NCBI GenBank assembly: GCA_002697535.1
Contig: NZWE01000033.1
Span: 16,983 to 41,320, forward strand
DNA length: 24,338 nt
Reading direction: 5' to 3'
DNA from: Actinomycetota bacterium
GTDB taxonomy: Bacteria > Margulisbacteria > Marinamargulisbacteria > GCA-2716485 > GCA-002719695
Position numbers and translations under genes: made by a program. The notes under the pieces were generated by a model. It saw only the letters and a list, made by a program, of their open reading frames with translations. It was not told the DNA's origin and ran no database searches. This document shows, in pieces, positions 7,863-16,563 of the stretch (its first letter is position 1; each line of letters begins with the position of its first letter).

Positions 7863-9182
7863 AAAATCATCGTTAGTTTCAGTTTGGCTTAATAGTTTTA
7901 TTAGTTCTTCTGTTGCAGATTCAGAATCGATATTTTTTCGTAATAAATAGGCCTTTTTAAGAATATCATTGGGGATTAGTAATTCTTCTTTTCGTGTTCC
8001 AGAATTAATGATATCAATGGCTGGAAAGATACGTCGATTGGCTAAACGTCTTTCTAGATGCAGTTCCATATTACCTGTTCCTTTAAATTCTTCATAGATA
8101 ATGTCATCCATTCTGGATCCTGTATCTACTAATGCGGTTGATATAATGGTTAAACTACCTCCATTTTCAATGTTTCTTGCTCCTCCAAAAAATCGTTTTG
8201 GTTTATGAAGTGAACTTGGATCTAATCCTCCTGATAATGTTCTACCGGATGGTGGTACAACTAGGTTATAGGCTCTTGCTAAACGCGTGATACTATCTAG
8301 TAAGATCACAACATCTTTTTGAGCTTCAACAAGTCTTTTAGCACTTTCTAATACTAATTCAGATATTCTTACATGTTGCTCGGGGGGTTCATCAAAGGTT
8401 GAATAAATTACTTCACCATTTACAGATCGTTCCATATCGGTTACTTCTTCAGGTCGTTCATCAATTAATAATACTTTAATGATTACTTCAGGATGATTAA
8501 TGGAGATGCTATTAGCGATTTCTTTTAAAATACTAGTTTTTCCTGCTTTTGGGGGTGATACGATCATGGATCGTTGACCTTTTCCTATGGGGCTTAACAT
8601 ATCAATGATACGGCTTGAAATAGGAGTTTGGTCAGTTTCTAGTTTTAGTTGGGTATCAGGATAAATAGGTGTTAATTGTGAAAAATGAGTTCGTGTTTTT
8701 GTATTAGTCGGATCTTGTTCATTAATGGTTTCTATGTGTAATAATGAAAAGTATCGTTCATCTGCTTTTGGCGGACGAATTTCTCCCAGAATAATGTCTC
8801 CGGATGATAGGTTGAATCGACGAATTTGTGCTTGTGACATATAAATGTCGTAGGCACTTGGTAAATAATTTTCTGTTCTTAAAAATCCGTATCCATCAGG
8901 TAATATTTCTAATATCCCATAGGCAATAATAATTTCATCTGCTTCAACTTTTTTTGTTAAAATCTTTTGAAATAATTCTTCCTTATTTAATAATTCAGGG
9001 CTTTCTATTTTTTTTACTTCTGGTAATTCTAGTAATTTTTGTAATGATGTTGATTTTAAAGTATTTAAACTCGTCGATGGTTGTAATATGTTTTTTTTAG
9101 ATTTTGTTTCTTGTGTTTCTTGTGTTTCCTGTGTTTCTTTTAGGTTCTTTTTTTTATCATTACTCTGATTTTTTTTTGTCAT
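7839..9182 (-). CDS. rho: Transcription termination factor Rho with low-complexity N-terminal extension
   Basis: [38 protein letters not shown] (Walker A), [50 protein letters not shown]. Confidence 0.97.
   Translation of the reverse strand: MTKKNQSNDKKKNLKETQETQETQETKSKKNILQPSTSLNTLKSTSLQKLLELPEVKKIESPELLNKEELFQKILTKKVEADEIIIAYGILEILPDGYGFLRTENYLPSAYDIYMSQAQIRRFNLSSGDIILGEIRPPKADERYFSLLHIETINEQDPTNTKTRTHFSQLTPIYPDTQLKLETDQTPISSRIIDMLSPIGKGQRSMIVSPPKAGKTSILKEIANSISINHPEVIIKVLLIDERPEEVTDMERSVNGEVIYSTFDEPPEQHVRISELVLESAKRLVEAQKDVVILLDSITRLARAYNLVVPPSGRTLSGGLDPSSLHKPKRFFGGARNIENGGSLTIISTALVDTGSRMDDIIYEEFKGTGNMELHLERRLANRRIFPAIDIINSGTRKEELLIPNDILKKAYLLRKNIDSESATEELIKLLSQTETNDDFLNSPIFR
9105..9139 (-). 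repeat. Tandem 9-nt repeat in rho coding for (QET)n
   Basis: + strand TGTTTCTTG TGTTTCTTG TGTTTCCTG TGTTTCTT (about 3.9 units), encoding QETQETQET. Confidence 0.9.
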
Positions 9183-9231
9183 TATTATATACCTTTTTTA
9201 TGATAATTCTTGGTCTTTTTTTTGGATTCTT

Positions 9232-10017
9232 ATGATGTTTACACTGTTTTTTTTCTTCTTAAACATAAATTTTGTGTTTTGGGTTGTATTGTTTTTTGCT
9301 ATATTTTGCTTGATTTGGTATATTAACAATAGTTCTATGGTTTATTCTTTGCTTTATATTGTTGCTTTTTTTACTTTATTTAATGCTTTTGGTTTAGCTA
9401 GTTTCGCTGAAGAAGGTGTGGTTGTATCTGATTCTGTTGTCACCTCTTCTGTTGTTGAGTTAGATATGTCTCATATGGATTTCTTCTCTAAAGACTTAAA
9501 GTCTTTAGAAACTACTTTAGAAGTCAAAAATTATGTGGATAGTCTTGATATTCTTGAAAAAGTTAGAGATAGAATCCAATTTCAGCAAAACCGTGTTATG
9601 TCTTCTTTTTTCCCTTTATCTTTAGAGGGATGGTCTTTAAAAAAGAAGGAAAGTATTATTGATAATGAGCTGGCTAATACAGATTATGGTGTTATTTTTA
9701 CACAAAGTTATTTTAATAAGCAGGGACATACTATCGAAATTAATGTTGTTAATGCTGAAGAATTAATTCGAGATTATAACGATTTATTTAATAACCCTGG
9801 GTTGGTTAGGGGGATGGGGAATACTCATATTATTGATCAAAAGGGATATAAGACAATTGAAACGGTTTTTGATGATGTTAAACACTATGAACAAAATATT
9901 GTTTTATCTAATACTGTTATTATGACTTTAATTGCTATTGGTATTGATGATGTTAGTATTTTGAATAATTTTATTGAATTTGTTGATATTGAAGCGTTAG
10001 ATTTATATTTAAATTAA
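9232..10017 (+). CDS. Hypothetical membrane protein with N-terminal TM segments and soluble C-terminal region
   Basis: Long ORF divergent to rho with hydrophobic N-terminus (FTLFFFFLNINFVFWVVLFFAIFCLIWYI; MVYSLLYIVAFFTLFNAFGLASFA). Confidence 0.7.
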   Translation: MMFTLFFFFLNINFVFWVVLFFAIFCLIWYINNSSMVYSLLYIVAFFTLFNAFGLASFAEEGVVVSDSVVTSSVVELDMSHMDFFSKDLKSLETTLEVKNYVDSLDILEKVRDRIQFQQNRVMSSFFPLSLEGWSLKKKESIIDNELANTDYGVIFTQSYFNKQGHTIEINVVNAEELIRDYNDLFNNPGLVRGMGNTHIIDQKGYKTIETVFDDVKHYEQNIVLSNTVIMTLIAIGIDDVSILNNFIEFVDIEALDLYLN

Positions 10018-10072
10018 AATGTAATATGGAGTCACTATCATTACTATGATAAAATCCGCAGTAATAGATTTT

Positions 10073-10148
10073 GCTCCTGTAGCTCAGTCGGTAGAGCGCA
10101 TCCATGGTAAGGATGAGGCCGTCGGTTCAAATCCGATCGGGAGCTCCA
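10073..10148 (+). tRNA. tRNA-Thr (anticodon GGU), CCA encoded
   Basis: Hand fold: acceptor GCTCCTG/CGGGAGC, D arm GCTC-AGTCGGTA-GAGC, anticodon arm CATCC-ATGGTAA-GGATG, variable AGGCC, T arm GTCGG-TTCAAAT-CCGAT, discriminator T then CCA. Confidence 0.97.
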
Positions 10149-10185
10149 CTTAATAAAAAATATTTAAATAAGGAGAATATAATAA

Positions 10186-11388
10186 ATGGCAAAAGAAAAA
10201 TTCGAACGAAATAAACCACATGTAAATATCGGAACCGTAGGTCACGTTGATCACGGAAAAACAACGTTAACAGCCGCCATTACAAAGGTATTATCATCTG
10301 CTGGTGGTGCTGAATTTAAGGCATATGATCAGATTGATTCAGCTCCTGAAGAAAAAGAAAGAGGGATTACGATAGCAACAGCTCATGTTGAGTATGAAAC
10401 AGATAATAGGCATTATGCGCATGTTGATTGTCCAGGTCACGCTGATTATGTAAAAAACATGATTACAGGTGCGGCACAAATGGATGGGGGAATTTTAGTT
10501 GTAAGTGCAGCGGATGGTCCTATGCCACAAACAAGAGAGCATATTTTATTAGCAAGACAGGTAAATGTACCTTCATTGGTTGTTTTCTTAAATAAAACAG
10601 ATCAAGTAGATGATCCGGAATTAATTGAATTAGTAGAGATGGAATTAAGAGAGTTATTAACAAAGTATGAGTTTCCAGGAGACGATATACCATTTGTGCA
10701 AGGGTCTGCATTAAAAGCATTAGAAAGTAGTGATAATAGTAAAGATAATGCTGATGTAAAATGTATCTGGGATTTAATGGATCAAGTAGATCAGTATATA
10801 CCAATTCCAGAGCGAGCAACGGATAAGCCATTTTTGATGCCAGTAGAAGATGTATTTAGTATTACAGGGCGAGGAACTGTAGGAACAGGACGTGTAGAAA
10901 GAGGTGTGGTTAATGTTAATGATGAAGTCGATTTAGTAGGAATGGCAGAAGAGATACGAAAAGTAACGGTAACGGGTGTAGAGATGTTCCGTAAGTTATT
11001 AGATCAGGGAGAAGCTGGAGATAACGTTGGTATTTTATTAAGAGGGATAGAAAGAGAAGAATTATTAAGAGGACAGGTATTAGCTAAAGCAGGTTCAATT
11101 AAACCGCATACAAAATTTAAAGCAGAAGTTTATGTCTTGAAAAAGGAAGAGGGTGGAAGACACACTCCATTTTTCAAAGGATATAGACCACAGTTTTATA
11201 TTCGAACGACAGATGTAACTGGATCCGTGATATTACCAGATGGAGTAGAGATGGTAATGCCTGGTGATAATATTTCAATTGATGTTGAATTGATTATACC
11301 TGTAGCATGTGAAGAAGGATTACGATTTGCAATACGAGAAGGTGGCCGAACAGTTGGTGCTGGTGTTGTAACCAAGATTATTGCGTAA
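10186..11388 (+). CDS. tuf: Elongation factor Tu
   Basis: [59 protein letters not shown]; SD AAGGAG; directly downstream of tRNA-Thr as in many bacteria. Confidence 0.99.
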   Translation: MAKEKFERNKPHVNIGTVGHVDHGKTTLTAAITKVLSSAGGAEFKAYDQIDSAPEEKERGITIATAHVEYETDNRHYAHVDCPGHADYVKNMITGAAQMDGGILVVSAADGPMPQTREHILLARQVNVPSLVVFLNKTDQVDDPELIELVEMELRELLTKYEFPGDDIPFVQGSALKALESSDNSKDNADVKCIWDLMDQVDQYIPIPERATDKPFLMPVEDVFSITGRGTVGTGRVERGVVNVNDEVDLVGMAEEIRKVTVTGVEMFRKLLDQGEAGDNVGILLRGIEREELLRGQVLAKAGSIKPHTKFKAEVYVLKKEEGGRHTPFFKGYRPQFYIRTTDVTGSVILPDGVEMVMPGDNISIDVELIIPVACEEGLRFAIREGGRTVGAGVVTKIIA

Positions 11389-11414
11389 TTTAAAGCGTTT
11401 TTTTTAATTCGTGT

Positions 11415-11448
11415 AAAAAGGGTTTCGATTTCGAAACCCTTTTTTTTT
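11415..11448 (+). terminator. Intrinsic terminator after tuf
   Basis: AAAAAGGGTTTCG-ATTT-CGAAACCCTTTTTTTTT: perfect GC-containing stem followed by a T tract. Confidence 0.93.
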
Positions 11449-11568
11449 GATAGGATATTGCTTTATTATATGTGTGCTTTTAGCAATAACAATTAAAGAA
11501 TAGTTTAAATTTTGTTTAGGTTAAATGATGTTTGCCTAATATAAATTTTGGTTGTTTTCTTGTATAGT

Positions 11569-12924
11569 ATGATTATGAATTTAGATCAATTAAAGGATTC
11601 TTTAGTAGGTTCTGTACATAATGATTCAGAGTTTTTATCACATTATTCTGCTGATAAATCTTATCTAGATCCTGTGTTACCTTCATTGGTTATTGTGCCT
11701 GAATGTGAAGCTGATATTGAATATTTATTAGCGTATGCTAATGCTAATAACCAACCTGTTACGGTGAGGGGAGGGGGCTCTGGTAAATCGGGAGGTGCTA
11801 TTCCTGAACTAAATGGGATTGTGGTTTCATTTGAAAAAATGACTGCTATTTCAACCGTAGATATTGCTAATCGTTGTGTTGTGGTTCAACCAGGGGCTAT
11901 TTTAGATGATATTAAGCATGCTGTTGAAGAACAGGGGTTATGGTATCCTATTGATCCATCTAGTTCAGATTGGTGTACGATTGGGGGTAATGTTGCTGAA
12001 AATGCAGGGGGAGCTAATGCATTAAAATATGGAGTTACGGGGGATTATATTTTGGCTGTATCTGGTTTTTTTGGAAATGGAAAACCTTTTTCATTTGGAC
12101 GTAAATGTCATAAGGATGTGGCTGGATATGATATTAAATCGTTGCTTATTGGCAGTGAAGGAACGTTAGGGATTATTACAAGTATTACGTTAAAACTGAT
12201 TCCAAAACCTCGTTTTAGTCAATCATTTTGGTGTTCTTTTTCTTCTTTACAAGCGATTTGTCAATTTTTTCAAACACTTTCGGTATCATCGTATCAACTT
12301 TCGGCTGCTGAATGTATTCAACCGGCTTGTTTAGCCGCTGTTGCTTCGTATTTGGATGAGGATATTTCTTTTTTAAATGGCCCTGCGTTGTTATGTCGTT
12401 ATGAATCTGATTCTCAGGAGGGGCTTGATCAGTTTCGTGATGTTTTGCTTGAACAGTGTAATGTGTTTGATGCTTCCTGTCATATGGAATCTGATGATTT
12501 ATATTGGTTAGTGAGACGCTCTATTTCGGATGCTTTAGGAGATAGGTATCGGCATAAATTTTCTGAAGATATTACGGTTCCTTCAGGGGCTGTTAAGGAT
12601 TATTTGGATTATATTCCTACTTTGGCAATAAAGGGGACGGTGATTGTGTGTTATGGTCATTTAGGGGATGGTAATATTCACACTAATATTTTAAATGAAT
12701 CTTTGTCTGAAGAGGCTTGGGGAGTTGCTAAACGTAGCATGATTGATCAGATTATGGCTTATGCTGTTGAATTAGGGGGAACTTTAACAGGTGAACATGG
12801 TATAGGCTTAACTAAAAAGGATTATATGGATTCTTATTTTTCTGAGTATGAATTAGCTATTTTAAAAGGTGTTAAACGTGTTTTTGATCCCAATACTATT
12901 TTAAATCCATCAAAATTGTTTTAG
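11569..12924 (+). CDS. FAD-binding oxidase, GlcD/lactate dehydrogenase-like (FAD_binding_4 + FAD-oxidase C)
   Basis: DPVLPSLVIVPECEADIEYLLAYANANNQPVTVRGGGSGKSGGAIP, CTIGGNVAENAGGANALKYGVTGDYIL, GSEGTLGIITSITLKLIPKP, YGHLGDGNIHTNIL, TGEHGIGLTK. The listed ORF uses a TTG at 11548; ATG 11569 or 11575 is more likely. Confidence 0.9.
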   Translation: MIMNLDQLKDSLVGSVHNDSEFLSHYSADKSYLDPVLPSLVIVPECEADIEYLLAYANANNQPVTVRGGGSGKSGGAIPELNGIVVSFEKMTAISTVDIANRCVVVQPGAILDDIKHAVEEQGLWYPIDPSSSDWCTIGGNVAENAGGANALKYGVTGDYILAVSGFFGNGKPFSFGRKCHKDVAGYDIKSLLIGSEGTLGIITSITLKLIPKPRFSQSFWCSFSSLQAICQFFQTLSVSSYQLSAAECIQPACLAAVASYLDEDISFLNGPALLCRYESDSQEGLDQFRDVLLEQCNVFDASCHMESDDLYWLVRRSISDALGDRYRHKFSEDITVPSGAVKDYLDYIPTLAIKGTVIVCYGHLGDGNIHTNILNESLSEEAWGVAKRSMIDQIMAYAVELGGTLTGEHGIGLTKKDYMDSYFSEYELAILKGVKRVFDPNTILNPSKLF

Positions 12925-13950
12925 TTATTCTGCCAATTCGAACATTTTTTCAATACAATGAATGGCTTTGTGTCGAGTTTCTGAGTCAATACTTATGTTT
13001 TGTGCTTCAGTTGGACTTTTTAAGACGGCTTCAATATTATCTAAAGAGTTGGCTTTCATGTATTTGCACATGGTACAGGTTCCTACGAATTTTTTGTTTG
13101 GAATTTCGGTTTGTAACCGGCTTGTTAGGCCACATTCAGTCAGTAAAAAATAGGAATCATGGCTAGTATCTTTTACATGATTAATAATTTGTGATGTGGA
13201 TCCTGTATAATCAGCACGATCAACAATGTCAGGGCTACATTCTGGATGGGCTAACACAGAAATGTTAGGGTGTTTTAGTCTTACATAATCAATCATTTCA
13301 GGATTATATTCTTCATGTACATAACAGGATCCGTCCCAATAGCGTATTGTTTTATGACAGTTTCTTCGTTTTAGTTCATTAATTAAATTTTTACCCATTA
13401 GTTTGTCAGGTAAAAAATAGATGTAGTTACTATCAATTTTTTCTGCAATATCGTATACATTGGATGATGTTACACAGACATCACATTCTGCTTTTACAGC
13501 TGCTGTTGTATTGATATAACACATAAAAACATAATTAGGGTATTTCTTTTTTAGTTGTTTGATATCGTGAGTTGTTATTGAATCAGCAAGGCTACAACCA
13601 TTAAAGGTTCCTGGAATATACACATTTTTGCTTGGGTTTAATAGTTTGGCTGTTTCTGCCATAAATTTTACAGCAGAAAAAATAATAGTGTCAGCTGTAG
13701 TGTTTTTGGCTTGTTTGCTAAGGCCATAGGAATCTCCTACATAATCAGCAACACAGCGAACGATTTCTGGTACAACATAAGAATGGGCTAAAATAATAGC
13801 ATTTTTTTCTTTTTTAAGGGTATTAATTCGATTGATTTTGGGGACTAATGTTTCACATATTTCTGGAGTATATAAACAAATATTTCCACCTAATGTTACT
13901 GATTTTAGTTCCTCATATAAGGTTTCAGTTGTCCATGTTATGTGTGACAT
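12925..13950 (-). CDS. nadA: Quinolinate synthase A
   Basis: ILAHSYVVPEI, ADYVGDSYGLSKQA, CYINTTAAVKAECDVCVTSSN, AHPECSPDIVDRADYTGSTSQII, LTECGL, GTCTMCKYMK (three cluster Cys). Start refined to ATG 13950, which overlaps the ferredoxin stop as TAATG. Confidence 0.96.
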   Translation of the reverse strand: MSHITWTTETLYEELKSVTLGGNICLYTPEICETLVPKINRINTLKKEKNAIILAHSYVVPEIVRCVADYVGDSYGLSKQAKNTTADTIIFSAVKFMAETAKLLNPSKNVYIPGTFNGCSLADSITTHDIKQLKKKYPNYVFMCYINTTAAVKAECDVCVTSSNVYDIAEKIDSNYIYFLPDKLMGKNLINELKRRNCHKTIRYWDGSCYVHEEYNPEMIDYVRLKHPNISVLAHPECSPDIVDRADYTGSTSQIINHVKDTSHDSYFLLTECGLTSRLQTEIPNKKFVGTCTMCKYMKANSLDNIEAVLKSPTEAQNISIDSETRHKAIHCIEKMFELAE

Positions 13951-14174
13951 TAATATTTCTCGATTGCTCCTACAGGACATGCGTCTATGGCTTCATTACA
14001 TAAGGATATGTCATTATTTGAATTAGGTTGATTATACACAAAGGCATGGTCATAATCATGGGTTAATTTGAAGTTTTTGGGAGCAATATCTGTGCAGGTA
14101 TCACAGGCGATGCATGCATCATGCACGTAAAAGGGGCCATTTTTATTGTCATCATAAATATATTTTTTGCTCAT
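13950..14174 (-). CDS. 4Fe-4S ferredoxin
   Basis: CIACDTCTDIAP ... CNEAIDACPVGAIEKY; translationally coupled to nadA. Confidence 0.9.
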   Translation of the reverse strand: MSKKYIYDDNKNGPFYVHDACIACDTCTDIAPKNFKLTHDYDHAFVYNQPNSNNDISLCNEAIDACPVGAIEKY

Positions 14175-14278
14175 TTTTCTTACTCAAGTAAGGATAGTTT
14201 AAAAGGTAGGGAAAATGAGTACAAGGGCTTTTATATATTTTTTTTAAAAAAGACAGTATTATTAAGATTAGTTTTTCT

Positions 14279-15796
14279 ATGATTGATTCATCATTTAAGT
14301 CTTTAGGGTCTAGTTTTTTACATGATTTAAGCATGAAATCATGGCAGCGTGGTATTGTTAATTTTTTTTCAGAATCGATTCCATTTTCATTTAGTTCAGG
14401 TAATGAATATGCTGATTTAGTTGTTAAGATGATTCAATTGTTTTCTGATCACTTAAACCAGTCTATTAATATTGTTGAATTTGGTTCGGGTAATGGTGTT
14501 TTTGCTAAGAAATGTATTCAAAAACTAAATGATTCGTCAGTATCCTTTCATTATTTAGTAACGGAAAATATACCTTCTTTAGTTGCTGATTTTGATTCTA
14601 TTCCTATTATTAGTCATTCTAATCATGTGGAATCTAAGTTAGTTGATATTCATAATGTTCAATTAGATCAACCATTTCATGTTGGTATTTTAACGTATTT
14701 ATTGGATACATTTCCTGTTAAAACTTTAGAATTAAGAGAGGGCCAATTATTTGAATGGATGGTGTCTGTTTCAGTTAAAGATGATGCTATTTTACAGTTT
14801 ATGTGTGATGGTGATCTTGTTACTTGGAAAAAAGCTGATATTGATGTTTTTTTATCTAATCCAATTGATGATAATATGTTGCCTGTTTTGTCTCGTATAC
14901 ATGATTGTTTGGATATTGTTTGGGAATCTCAACCTTGTTCAGCCTTAGTGTTAGATTCAACGGGAATTTTGGATGCTTGGTTACAAAAACAATCAAAAAC
15001 AGATCAGGGCTTTTTTAATTTTTCCTCAGCTTGGTGGGAAATGTTGGATTCGTTACAAACACAAATGGCAGATAATTTCATGTTACTTTGTTATGATTTT
15101 TCCTCTATTAATGTGAGCCAATCAAAAGATTATTTAGATAGTTTTGGTCGATTTGGTATTTGTTATTTTTATTCTATTCCATTTTTTTTGCTGCAAGAGT
15201 ATTGTGATCGCCATAACTTACAATTTATATCGTCTCAATTTCCAGATTCTGAAAATCAAATAGGCGTTATAACATACTTAAAAAGTATGACATTTAAACG
15301 TGATGTAACAGCACTTTTAGATACAACAGAACCTGGTCAAGATGTTTATGGTTATACATTAAAGATTCAAGAAGCTAATTCGCTTGATTTATGTTTGGAA
15401 TTTGTGAGGGAGGCTAAACAATCTTTAACACTTGATCAACAATCAGATTATGTTTTTTTATTTTCAATTGCTTCCAAATTGTATGAGTTTGGATGTTATG
15501 ATCAAGTGATACATTATACAGATTTTATTTTGTTTGATTATGGGGGATTTTCTTTAAATGCTATTCTTTTAAAATCTAAAGCATTACGAAAAACAGGGTT
15601 TATTAAAGATGCTTTATCTTTGGTAGATATGGGGCTTAAGCATGCATCTTCTTATGATTTGCTTTATTTAGAAAAGGCTTTTATTGCTCAGGAATTAAAT
15701 CAAATGGATGTTGTTAAAGAGTCTTTAACATTATATTTTGATACGGTTATGGTTAATCCTCAGTGGCAGTTGTTAGATTTATTAAAGTCATTGTAA
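14279..15796 (+). CDS. Putative MidA-like SAM-dependent methyltransferase with C-terminal TPR-like repeats
   Basis: INIVEFGSGNGVFAKKC (SAM motif I-like), LTYLLDTFPVKTLELREGQLFEWMVSVSV (MidA-like NExxDAxPVxR region), C-terminal helical repeats (YDQVIHYTDFILFDYGGFSLNAILLKSKALRKTGFIKDALSL). Confidence 0.6.
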   Translation: MIDSSFKSLGSSFLHDLSMKSWQRGIVNFFSESIPFSFSSGNEYADLVVKMIQLFSDHLNQSINIVEFGSGNGVFAKKCIQKLNDSSVSFHYLVTENIPSLVADFDSIPIISHSNHVESKLVDIHNVQLDQPFHVGILTYLLDTFPVKTLELREGQLFEWMVSVSVKDDAILQFMCDGDLVTWKKADIDVFLSNPIDDNMLPVLSRIHDCLDIVWESQPCSALVLDSTGILDAWLQKQSKTDQGFFNFSSAWWEMLDSLQTQMADNFMLLCYDFSSINVSQSKDYLDSFGRFGICYFYSIPFFLLQEYCDRHNLQFISSQFPDSENQIGVITYLKSMTFKRDVTALLDTTEPGQDVYGYTLKIQEANSLDLCLEFVREAKQSLTLDQQSDYVFLFSIASKLYEFGCYDQVIHYTDFILFDYGGFSLNAILLKSKALRKTGFIKDALSLVDMGLKHASSYDLLYLEKAFIAQELNQMDVVKESLTLYFDTVMVNPQWQLLDLLKSL

Positions 15797-15866
15797 TTTT
15801 CTTTTAGGTTTTTTTTTGCTATGATAAATCTTACGTTTTAATTTATTTATTTTTGGAGGTTTCATT

Positions 15867-16493
15867 ATGTCTTATCAATTACCTGAGTTAGCTTATTCTT
15901 ACGATGCTTTAGAACCACATATTGATGCTAAAACAATGGAAATTCATTATACCAAACATCATGCAGGTTATGCTGCAAAATTAGCAGCGGCTGTTGAAGG
16001 GACTGATATATCTGGGCAACCCGTAGAAGAGTTATTAAAGAATTTAAATGAAGTTCCAGATACGATTCGTGCTGCTGTTCGTAATAATGGAGGGGGATAT
16101 GCTAATCATAATTTGTTTTGGTCTATTTTATCGCCTAATGGTGGTGGAGAACCAACCGGCGATTTAGCAACTGAAATATCGTCTTCTTTTGGTTCGTTTG
16201 ATGCGTTTAAAACGGAGTTTAGTAATGCAGCAGCTACTCGTTTTGGTAGTGGTTGGGCATGGCTTTGTGTCCATTCTGAGGGATCTTTAAAGATTTGTTC
16301 AACGGCTAATCAAGATAATCCTATTATGCCGGGGTGTTGTGAAGATCAAAGTATTCCAGTATTAGGTTTAGATGTTTGGGAACATGCTTATTATTTAAAT
16401 TATCAGAATCGTCGTCCTGATTATATTGCTGCTTTTTTTAATCTTGTTAATTGGGATCAAGTGGCTAAAAATATTGCTTTAGCGCGTAGCTAG
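15867..16493 (+). CDS. Superoxide dismutase (Fe/Mn family)
   Basis: [84 protein letters not shown]; SD GGAGG. Confidence 0.97.
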   Translation: MSYQLPELAYSYDALEPHIDAKTMEIHYTKHHAGYAAKLAAAVEGTDISGQPVEELLKNLNEVPDTIRAAVRNNGGGYANHNLFWSILSPNGGGEPTGDLATEISSSFGSFDAFKTEFSNAAATRFGSGWAWLCVHSEGSLKICSTANQDNPIMPGCCEDQSIPVLGLDVWEHAYYLNYQNRRPDYIAAFFNLVNWDQVAKNIALARS

Positions 16494-16508
16494 TTTTTTT
16501 TAAACTAG
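16490..16508 (+). terminator. Weak hairpin overlapping the sod stop codon
   Basis: CTAGTTT-TTTTT-AAACTAG followed by a T-rich stretch; short AT-rich stem. Confidence 0.3.
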
Positions 16509-16563
16509 GTTTATTTTTATTGAGATTATGTACAACTCCTTGCTTATCGTATAGAATTTGTGT

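Noticed and set aside
10073-10148. tRNA-Thr as an integration hotspot with adjacent island
   Set aside because: It is immediately followed by tuf, the common tRNA-Thr/tuf arrangement, with no duplicated 3' tRNA fragment or integrase nearby.
10520-10831. 103-aa minus-strand ORF opposite tuf
   Set aside because: Leu/Tyr-rich translation is an artefact of the tuf antisense strand.
12962-14334. Short ORFs 12962-13153, 13832-14026 and 14152-14334
   Set aside because: Overlap nadA, the ferredoxin and intergenic DNA without motifs or plausible initiation signals.
14751-14948. 65-aa ORF in the methyltransferase/TPR gene
   Set aside because: Alternative-frame shadow of the 505-aa ORF.
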